32,000 nucleotides of DNA from Idiomarina loihiensis L2TR (GTDB lineage: Bacteria > Pseudomonadota > Gammaproteobacteria > Enterobacterales > Alteromonadaceae): positions 570,001 to 602,000 of the forward strand of contig NC_006512.1 in assembly GCF_000008465.1 (NCBI RefSeq), read 5' to 3'. Both the position numbers and the translations under genes were made by a program. The notes beneath the pieces are model-generated. The model had not been told where the DNA came from, made no database searches, and was given only the letters and a program-made list of their open reading frames with translations. Positions 18,627 to 26,028 of this stretch are shown here, one piece after another. Positions within the stretch are counted from its first letter, which is position 1. Each line of letters opens with the position of its first letter.

Positions 18627-19134
18627 ACCCTAGATTAAATTAATATCATATTTAGTGTCAGACCCTTTAACGAGGAAGTTTTTTAATGGCGTTATTCCGC
18701 CATTCGTTATTGATTTCTTGATGTTTCTTCATGATACAGAACTTGTTGAATGAGTGCTGGATATGGTTTATGAAATGGGAAAACCAGCAAGTGATATTGC
18801 ATAGTGAACCGGGGATAAGTCGGCTCTAAAGTTAAGGCATAGGTTGTGGGGTGACTAGGTAATTCTATGCTTGGAGCGACTCGGAAACTGTTTGGGAAAT
18901 AGTCCAAGGAAACAATCACTTAAAATGTTTAGCCTGGTTTGATGCCGGCAGTGCTTGTCGTTCATCAACTTAAGCAAAGCGAGATGCCAGTTACTTCCTG
19001 ATGAATTATTCTAATTAACAGTGATTGCATCAATTTAACTATGGTCTACTGCCGGGAAAAATTAGTTAAATTTTCCGGGGCTTTCTGACCATTGCAGTAT
19101 AGGTTTTTAAAAATATTTATTATAGGGGTTTGGG

Positions 19135-20256
19135 GTGGTAATTCTCCACATTATAGCAGGGCTAGAGAAAGGTGGTGCTGAGTCTACGTTAAAACGTTTG
19201 TGCTTAAATGGCACTGAACACGAGCATGTAGTAGTATCTTTGTCAACTTTGGGTAGTGTCGGCCTAGAACTTCAAAAGGCTGGGGTGAAAGTTTACTGCT
19301 TAGATATTAGGCCATCAATAACCAGCGTAGCAGCGATATTTAGATTATATAAAATCATAAAGCTTCGCAAACCGAGCGTTGTACAAACATGGATGTATCA
19401 TGCGGATCTAGTCGGTGGGATTGTGTCGCGCGTTGCCGGCGTTAAAAAGATATATTGGGGTGTACATCATACCTATTTGATAAAAGGTCAATCAAAAAGA
19501 GTTACTATATTTATTTCGAGAATAAATTCGGTTTTGTCACATTTCATACCAACGAAAATTGTATATTGTGCTAATAGTGCTCGTGTAGCGCAGGAAAAGA
19601 TCGGATATAACAAGAAAAGTGGGATAGTGATTTTTAATGGCTATGATACCTCTAAGTTTAAACGAGATTTAAAGCTACGCTCAGTATATAGAGAGAAGTT
19701 GGGACTAAAAGAGACCGATTTTGTTATAGGTCATGTAGGCCGTTATGATTCTCTTAAAGACTATCCAAACTTAATTAATGCTATTAGGAAAGTAAAATAT
19801 AAAGTAGGTGGTCTGAAAGTTATTTTAGTGGGGGCTGGGCTTTCAAAAGATAATCGTGAGCTATTAAACGTTATTTCAGAAAGTACTCTTATTAGTAAAT
19901 TCCACCTTCTAGGTCCCAGCGATGATATTCCAGGTATTATGAATGCTATTGATGTCTTCGTCCTTTCTTCATCAAGCGAAGCTTTCCCAAATGTTTTAAA
20001 TGAGGCTATGGCATGTGGAACTCCCTGCGTATCAACTGACGTTGGAGACGCGTCAGCAATAGTCGGAATGACAGGGTGGCTTTCAGCTGCTGGGGATAGC
20101 AGCGCATTAGCTGAGAAAATCTATGCAGCTTACAAGGAATTTAGTGAAAATAAAGCAAACTGGGAAGAGCGCCAATATTCTTGTCGAGAGCGTATCGTGA
20201 CTAACTTTAGTAGTCAAAGTATGGTTAGTAACTATACACTCTTGTGGCAATCTTAA
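19135..20256 (+). CDS. Family 4 (GT-B) glycosyltransferase
   Basis: 373 aa. GTG 19135 is the only in-frame start after the TAG at 19123, and AGGGG lies 6 nt upstream. Motifs are ILHIIAGLEKGGAES and EAFPNVLNEAMACGTPCVSTDVGD (E-x7-E region). Confidence 0.8.
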   Translation: MVILHIIAGLEKGGAESTLKRLCLNGTEHEHVVVSLSTLGSVGLELQKAGVKVYCLDIRPSITSVAAIFRLYKIIKLRKPSVVQTWMYHADLVGGIVSRVAGVKKIYWGVHHTYLIKGQSKRVTIFISRINSVLSHFIPTKIVYCANSARVAQEKIGYNKKSGIVIFNGYDTSKFKRDLKLRSVYREKLGLKETDFVIGHVGRYDSLKDYPNLINAIRKVKYKVGGLKVILVGAGLSKDNRELLNVISESTLISKFHLLGPSDDIPGIMNAIDVFVLSSSSEAFPNVLNEAMACGTPCVSTDVGDASAIVGMTGWLSAAGDSSALAEKIYAAYKEFSENKANWEERQYSCRERIVTNFSSQSMVSNYTLLWQS

Positions 20257-20344
20257 AACCATTGATGTAGTTTTATTCTGATATATAGCTCGTTTAAACT
20301 ATACTTAGATAAACTACTTATAACTATTAAAACAGGCGAAGAAC

Positions 20345-21355
20345 TTGATTTTAGTAACAGGTGGTGCTGGATATATAGGAACTCATTGTTGCGTTGAGTT
20401 AATAGAATCTGGCTATGATATTGTTGTATTAGATAATTTGAAAAATTCGACCTTAGAAGGTCTTCGGCAAGTCGAGCGTATAGTAAACAAGCGAGTTAGA
20501 TTTGTAGAAGGCGACGTTAGAGACTTAGGTTTATTAGAAAAACTATTTGGTGAATTTAAGTTTAACGCAGTTCTTCATTTAGCAGGCTTAAAGTCAGTGA
20601 ATGAGTCATTGTCGCACCCAGTAGAATATTATGAAAATAATGTAACTGGTTCATTATCCCTATTAAAGGTAATGGAGAAATTTGGTTGCAAATGTATCGT
20701 GTTCAGTTCATCAGCAACTGTTTATGGCCATCCTGAATGTGTTCCTATTTCCGAAAATTCGACTTTATCAACTATTAATCCATACGGCTCTTCTAAATTA
20801 ATGGTAGAAAATATATTGAGAGATTTATCAAGTAGCACCCTGGGTTGGTCTATTGGTATTCTTCGTTATTTTAATCCTGTGGGTGCTCATGAGTCTGGCC
20901 TTATTGGTGAATTACCACTTGGAGTTCCAAATAATTTAATGCCGTATATAGCTCAAGTAGCATTAGGGAAACTGGAGAAATTGACCGTTTTTGGAAATGA
21001 TTACAATACAAAAGATGGGACAGGAGTTAGAGATTATATACATGTAGTTGATTTAGCGAAAGGGCACGTAGAAGCTCTGAGAGAGCTATTTGGTAAAGAG
21101 GACTTATTCATCGCTAATTTAGGAACAGGCGTAGGGTATAGTGTTCTTGAACTTATTAAGAATTTTGAAAAGATATCTGGTAGAAAAGTTCCATATGAGG
21201 TAGGAAATCGAAGAAGAGGGGATGTAGCAGCTTGTTATGCAGACCCTTCATATGCTAAGTCAAGATTTGGCTGGAGTGCTGAGTTCGATATAGACAGGAT
21301 GTGTCATGATACATGGCGCTGGATGGTTAAAAGCAATAAAACATCAGTAGATTAA
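20345..21355 (+). CDS. galE: UDP-hexose / UDP-HexNAc 4-epimerase (GalE/Gne family)
   Basis: 336 aa. TTG is the only possible in-frame start after the TAA at 20321. Motifs are [21 protein letters not shown] and NPYGSSKLMVE (YxxxK). The sequence alone cannot separate Glc/Gal from GlcNAc/GalNAc specificity. Confidence 0.85.
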   Translation: MILVTGGAGYIGTHCCVELIESGYDIVVLDNLKNSTLEGLRQVERIVNKRVRFVEGDVRDLGLLEKLFGEFKFNAVLHLAGLKSVNESLSHPVEYYENNVTGSLSLLKVMEKFGCKCIVFSSSATVYGHPECVPISENSTLSTINPYGSSKLMVENILRDLSSSTLGWSIGILRYFNPVGAHESGLIGELPLGVPNNLMPYIAQVALGKLEKLTVFGNDYNTKDGTGVRDYIHVVDLAKGHVEALRELFGKEDLFIANLGTGVGYSVLELIKNFEKISGRKVPYEVGNRRRGDVAACYADPSYAKSRFGWSAEFDIDRMCHDTWRWMVKSNKTSVD

Positions 21356-21405
21356 ATTTTGATTGTATTTTATTTGGCGGAAAATAACGGACAGGCATTT
21401 CAATT

Positions 21406-22443
21406 TTGCTAATATATTACTTCACATTTATCTTTCTATTTATTTTAGGTCTTGGCTATCAACATCTTAACCTTGGGAAGGACTCTAAAGTAGCTCTAAT
21501 TGGATGTGTAATTCTAGCTCTTTTATTTATATATGGCTTCCGTTTTGAAGTTGGAGTTGACTGGTTTAACTATATACGAGTTTACGAAAGAGACGTAGCA
21601 AATGCACTAACCTTTACAACCCCGGAGTTAGGCTATAAGTATTTAAACGTACTGTCAGGTGCACTCGGTTCGGGCATTCATGGAGTAGTGTTTGTCGCGA
21701 CTCTAATGCTTTTAGTTTTTTCTTTTTTAGCCCCGATGCGACTCGGTATTAACCCCTTTTACTTTATGGCCTTAGTTGCTCCTTACCATTTAGTGGTCGC
21801 TGGTATGAACTTAACGAGCCAATCTATAGCCATCTCTATTTTTATTTATGCGGTTACTTTCCTAATGCAGAAAAGGAAAGTGACGTATGCCTTCCTTATT
21901 TTATTTGCTGCGCTGTTTCATTTTTCTGCCATCTTGTTGTTGTCATTTTTGTTTATCGACTTTAGGAAAAGCTATCTTATTCCGCCTTTACTCTTTATTT
22001 TCCTACCGGTAGTGGGAGCAGCTTTCTTCTTTTATGGACATTACTTTGAGTCAGAGATGGAAAATGCCGGGGTAATTCTACGTGTTGGCTTCTTATTTCC
22101 TGTCGCTCTTCTTATTCTGGCCCATAAGAAAAAGTGGCTTAAACTCGATAAAATACGCTTTAGACTATGCTTAGTGACTGTTTTAATTGGTCCAATGTTA
22201 CTGGCAGCGTCACTGCTTTCCTCTACACTGGCTGACAGATTCTCATACTATTTTATACCATTAGCGGCTTTGTTAGTCATGGAGCAAGTTATTCACTCAA
22301 AACGCAGACCTTCTGATTTGATGACCTATGCTTCACCAATAATGTTTTTAACGGCTGTAACTGCTTTTGTAGCTTGGCATGTTGCGAGCTCTTACATTCC
22401 TAAATACCAGTTTCAGCACTTGTTTTTTGCGGCGGCTAGCTAA
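21406..22443 (+). CDS. EpsG-family integral membrane protein, putative Wzy-type repeat-unit polymerase
   Basis: 345 aa, hydrophobic almost throughout (about 10 TM segments). It has the GFRFEVGVDWFNY motif typical of EpsG-family polymerases, a TTG start and an AT-rich composition. Confidence 0.65.
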   Translation: MLIYYFTFIFLFILGLGYQHLNLGKDSKVALIGCVILALLFIYGFRFEVGVDWFNYIRVYERDVANALTFTTPELGYKYLNVLSGALGSGIHGVVFVATLMLLVFSFLAPMRLGINPFYFMALVAPYHLVVAGMNLTSQSIAISIFIYAVTFLMQKRKVTYAFLILFAALFHFSAILLLSFLFIDFRKSYLIPPLLFIFLPVVGAAFFFYGHYFESEMENAGVILRVGFLFPVALLILAHKKKWLKLDKIRFRLCLVTVLIGPMLLAASLLSSTLADRFSYYFIPLAALLVMEQVIHSKRRPSDLMTYASPIMFLTAVTAFVAWHVASSYIPKYQFQHLFFAAAS

Positions 22444-22445
22444 TA

Positions 22446-23366
22446 ATGAAGCGAAACCTAATTAAATTTGTAAATGACAAAGCAAAATATAACGATTTAT
22501 ACCGAAAGTCTTTGATGACTAACTTGAGTAACTCAGGAACGAAGGTCAGCTCTTTAGGGGTATTTGAGTCTGTAGGAAGTACGCTCTCGTTTTTGTGCCT
22601 TAACTTTAAGAATGAAAAAATAGTTTCTTCTAATTTAAAAACCAACCTATTTTCTTTACTGTTTTGCTTCAAGCCGCAGGTACTAATAATTAATGGTTTG
22701 GGTAGGTATAGAACGAGCCAAAGGTTTAGGCTTCTACTACGGGTGCTGTTGGATTATCGAAACTCCAGTGTCCAGGCTATATTCCAGAATTACGCGGATT
22801 ACCGCTTTTATAGACGCTTCTGCAATCATGCTAAGGTCTACTGGGTTCCTGGTTCTGGCGGGGTGTCACGAAAAATCGGGGCGAGCGAAAACTCCTTTGT
22901 CGCGATTCAGCGCGACAGTAAGTTGTCGTTAGTTGCTAAGTCTATTCAAGAGTGTGCGAGTTTGATTCAAGAAGTTAAAGCGGGTGACTCGTTATCGTTC
23001 ACTTTAGTTGGTTGCTCTATTAGAAATGAACTAGCAAAAGCTCAACTTCCGAACTTTGAAAATGTTGGCCGGTACGCTCAAGATGACATCTTTATCGATG
23101 GAAGAAGCTTTATACAGCCGGAAGGCTATGGTGAAGGTATCCCTCATACGCTGGTTGATGCAATGTGTAGTGGCATGAAAGTTTTTATAAAGAAACAATG
23201 TTTCCTAAGGTACGGGTTGCATAAGTTACATTGTAAGTTTTCTTGTATCGGTAATGGATGGGGTGAGTTAGGAGCGACTGCTAATGCTAGTAAGGAAGTC
23301 TCTCTGGAATCAGTAAACGAATCTTACATAAGTATAATATCTAGCATGAATAAGCTGAAAAAATGA
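22446..23366 (+). CDS. Putative GT-B glycosyltransferase (short, divergent)
   Basis: 306 aa. VYWVPGSGGV and PEGYGEGIPHTLVDAMCSGMKVF resemble the GT4/GT1 C-terminal nucleotide-sugar binding region. The gene is tightly packed, starting 2 nt after wzy and with its stop overlapping the next gene. Confidence 0.5.
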   Translation: MKRNLIKFVNDKAKYNDLYRKSLMTNLSNSGTKVSSLGVFESVGSTLSFLCLNFKNEKIVSSNLKTNLFSLLFCFKPQVLIINGLGRYRTSQRFRLLLRVLLDYRNSSVQAIFQNYADYRFYRRFCNHAKVYWVPGSGGVSRKIGASENSFVAIQRDSKLSLVAKSIQECASLIQEVKAGDSLSFTLVGCSIRNELAKAQLPNFENVGRYAQDDIFIDGRSFIQPEGYGEGIPHTLVDAMCSGMKVFIKKQCFLRYGLHKLHCKFSCIGNGWGELGATANASKEVSLESVNESYISIISSMNKLKK

Positions 23367-24289
23367 AAGTATTATTAACTGGTAGTACAGGCTTTCTGGG
23401 GGCTCATTTAAATAAATACTTTCTTGGGAAAGGGTTGAGCACTGTTACACCAGTACGCAAGCCTGGAAATGGTAATGAGCAAACAACTAATATCCGTCTT
23501 TCGGCTTTAAGTGACTTAACGACTAAAATTTTAGTTTCAGAGAACGTGGGTATATTTGTTCACTGTGCGGGAGTTGCACATAAAAAAAATGTATCTGCAG
23601 ATGATTTTTTTCGAGTAAATACCGAACTTACCTTGTTACTAGCACGGCGAGCTGCGATGGCTGGAGTAAAGCGGTTTATCTTTTTTAGTTCGATTGGAGT
23701 AAACGGCGCCTCAAGTGATTCTCCTTTCAACGCATGTGATAGTGGTGCTCCTTATGACGCGTACACAGAGTCAAAATATGATGCTGAGGAAGGTTTAAAA
23801 GCGGTATCGCAAGAAACAGGTCTGGAGGTGGTAATAATAAGGCCTCCTCTCATTTATGGCGTTAATGCCCCGGGAAACTTTGCGAAGTTCGTAAAATTAG
23901 CAAACATTCCAATTCCCAAGCCTCTGGGAAGCATAAAAAACAAAAGAAGCTTTGTTTCAGTCAATAATTTATGTGATTTCACATATCTATGTTTAACACA
24001 TCCGGGCGCTGCAAATGAGACTTTTCTAGTAAGCGATGGCGAGGATCTGTCTACCTCGGAGTTTTTAAGGAAAATTTCAAAAGCCATGGATAAGCCCGCT
24101 ATGCTTATACCGTTCCCTGTTAATGTGATGAAACGCTTGGCTGGCGTTGTTGGTAAGAAAGAACTGATCGATAAGCTGGTGGTAAACCTGCAAGTTAATA
24201 TTGAAAAGAATAAAGTCTTGTTAGGTTGGGAGCCAAAAGTTTCGGTTGATGAGGCTTTAAGAAATGCTCTCTCACAAGAGAAGGCATAG
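23363..24289 (+). CDS. NAD-dependent sugar epimerase/reductase of the extended SDR family
   Basis: 308 aa with VLLTGSTGFLGAHL and YTESKYDAE (YxxxK). There is an ATGA overlap with the upstream gene. It sits immediately before the initiating transferase, as in many O-antigen loci. Confidence 0.75.
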   Translation: MKVLLTGSTGFLGAHLNKYFLGKGLSTVTPVRKPGNGNEQTTNIRLSALSDLTTKILVSENVGIFVHCAGVAHKKNVSADDFFRVNTELTLLLARRAAMAGVKRFIFFSSIGVNGASSDSPFNACDSGAPYDAYTESKYDAEEGLKAVSQETGLEVVIIRPPLIYGVNAPGNFAKFVKLANIPIPKPLGSIKNKRSFVSVNNLCDFTYLCLTHPGAANETFLVSDGEDLSTSEFLRKISKAMDKPAMLIPFPVNVMKRLAGVVGKKELIDKLVVNLQVNIEKNKVLLGWEPKVSVDEALRNALSQEKA

Positions 24290-24311
24290 TTACTAAAGAG
24301 GCAATGACTGG

Positions 24312-24863
24312 ATGTTATTAAGAGCGTTTGATTTAGCTTTTTCTTTTGTGGGCTTAGTTACCGGGCTGCCCATACTTATTTTGCTGACCTTAATAGGTTT
24401 ATTCGATACCGGCTCCCCCATATTCCGACAAGAGCGGGTAGGCAAAAACAAAAAACCTTTTGTTCTGGTTAAGTTCAGAACCATGAAAAAGGACACCGCA
24501 TCAGTAGCCAGCCATTTAGCCAGTAGTGCATCTATTACCAAATTCGGACATTTCTTGCGCCGCACTAAGCTGGATGAACTCCCTCAGCTTTGGAATGTTC
24601 TAAAGGGCGAGATGAGCTTAGTTGGCCCACGGCCGGGGCTTTTTAATCAGGAAGAGTTAACCCAGGCGCGCGAAGCAAAAGGCGTGTTTAACGTTCGCCC
24701 TGGTATAACCGGGTTAGCGCAGGTAAACGAAATAGATATGTCCACACCGCAGTTACTGGCAGAAACCGACGCAAAAATGATTAGTACACTCAATATAAAA
24801 AACTACTTTCAGTATATTTTAATGACGGTTACCGGCAAAGGTTCTGGAGACAGAGTGAAATGA
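24312..24863 (+). CDS. Small monotopic initiating phosphoglycosyltransferase (bacterial sugar transferase family, PglC/WbfU-like)
   Basis: 183 aa with one N-terminal hydrophobic helix, PIFRQERVGKNKKPFVLVKFRTM and LDELPQLWNVLKGEMSLVGPRP. Confidence 0.9.
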   Translation: MLLRAFDLAFSFVGLVTGLPILILLTLIGLFDTGSPIFRQERVGKNKKPFVLVKFRTMKKDTASVASHLASSASITKFGHFLRRTKLDELPQLWNVLKGEMSLVGPRPGLFNQEELTQAREAKGVFNVRPGITGLAQVNEIDMSTPQLLAETDAKMISTLNIKNYFQYILMTVTGKGSGDRVK

Positions 24864-25915
24864 AGGTTTTAGTAACAGGCACAGCGGGCTTTATTGGTTT
24901 TTACACGGCCTTAAAGCTGCTAAAACAAGGCCATACCGTAGTTGGGCTGGACAGCATAAACGACTACTATGATGTAAACCTAAAATATGGCCGCCTACAA
25001 GAAAGCGGTATAAAGCAAAGCAATATTGAATACGGTGCAACGGTTCAGTCCGGTTTATACCCTGACTATTCTTTTGTGCAATTAAAACTTGAAGACAAGC
25101 CCGCATTAGACGCCTTGTTTGAACAAGAGCAATTTGACGCCGTCTGTAACCTGGCCGCCCAGGCAGGTGTTCGTTACTCGTTGGAAAACCCCAATGCTTA
25201 CATAGACTCCAACATTGTCGGTTTTATGAATGTGCTGGAGGCTTGCCGCCATAACGGCGTTAAAAACTTAAGTTATGCGTCCAGTTCGTCGGTGTATGGC
25301 TTGAACGAACAAATGCCGTTTTCAACTTCGCATAGTGTGAACCACCCGGTGAGCTTGTACGCGGCCACCAAAAAGTCGAACGAGCTTATGGCGCACACCT
25401 ACGCGCACTTGTATGGCATGCAGTGCACCGGGTTACGGTTTTTTACCGTTTATGGTCCCTGGGGCAGACCCGACATGGCACCTTTTATTTTCACCAAAGC
25501 CGCATTAAAAGGCGACACCATTAAAGTGTTTAATAACGGCAAAATGAAGCGTGACTTTACCTACATTGACGACATTGTTGAAGGTGTAGTGCGGGTTATT
25601 GAGAACCCATGTAAAGCCAGCAGCGAGTGGAGCGGTAAACAGCCAGACCCATCCAGCTCCTCGGCACCTTATAAAATTTACAATATAGGCAATAGCCAAC
25701 CTATTGAGCTTATGACTTTTATAGAGGCCGTTGAGAATGCGGCCGGTGTGGAAATACCAAAAGACTTTCAGCCCATTCAGCCCGGCGACGTTGTCGCCAC
25801 TTATGCCGATGTGTCTGAGTTAGAAAGCGATATGGGCTACAGGCCGTCAACGCCGGTAACCGAAGGTATGAAGCGTACCGTTGACTGGTATCGCAATTTT
25901 TATGGTATGGCTTAA
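24860..25915 (+). CDS. NAD-dependent nucleotide-sugar epimerase, UDP-glucuronate 4-epimerase-like
   Basis: 351 aa with VLVTGTAGFIGFY, DSINDYYDVNLKYGRL, SSSSVYG, YAATKKSNE (YxxxK) and FTVYGPWGRPDMA. There is an ATGA overlap with the upstream gene. Confidence 0.8.
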   Translation: MKVLVTGTAGFIGFYTALKLLKQGHTVVGLDSINDYYDVNLKYGRLQESGIKQSNIEYGATVQSGLYPDYSFVQLKLEDKPALDALFEQEQFDAVCNLAAQAGVRYSLENPNAYIDSNIVGFMNVLEACRHNGVKNLSYASSSSVYGLNEQMPFSTSHSVNHPVSLYAATKKSNELMAHTYAHLYGMQCTGLRFFTVYGPWGRPDMAPFIFTKAALKGDTIKVFNNGKMKRDFTYIDDIVEGVVRVIENPCKASSEWSGKQPDPSSSSAPYKIYNIGNSQPIELMTFIEAVENAAGVEIPKDFQPIQPGDVVATYADVSELESDMGYRPSTPVTEGMKRTVDWYRNFYGMA

Positions 25916-26028
25916 GCGGTTACTTTTCTCTGTTAACAAATTGCTGTATCTTACTTGTCACTTTTACCTGTTGCTGCACTCAAGTTCTAATACTGGGTTT
26001 TAATACAAAAATAATTGAGGGTTATACC

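Noticed and set aside
18707-18919. 70-aa minus-strand ORF in the 508-bp gap
   Set aside because: It has no RBS and no recognisable motif, and it is antisense to the only + strand segments with any protein-like signal. It is probably spurious.
19052-19081. Hairpin CCGGGAAAA..TTTTCCGG in the 508-bp gap, considered as a terminator
   Set aside because: The stem needs a bulge, the loop is about 10 nt, and no T-run follows. It is not convincing as an intrinsic terminator.
6695-23620. A/T homopolymer runs of 7-8 nt inside coding regions (e.g. T8 at 6695-6702, A8 near 23582, T7 near 23606 and 17994), considered as phase-variation tracts
   Set aside because: Runs of this length are expected in such AT-rich genes. 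I saw no long poly-G/C or multi-copy short tandem repeats in coding regions, so phase variation is unsupported.
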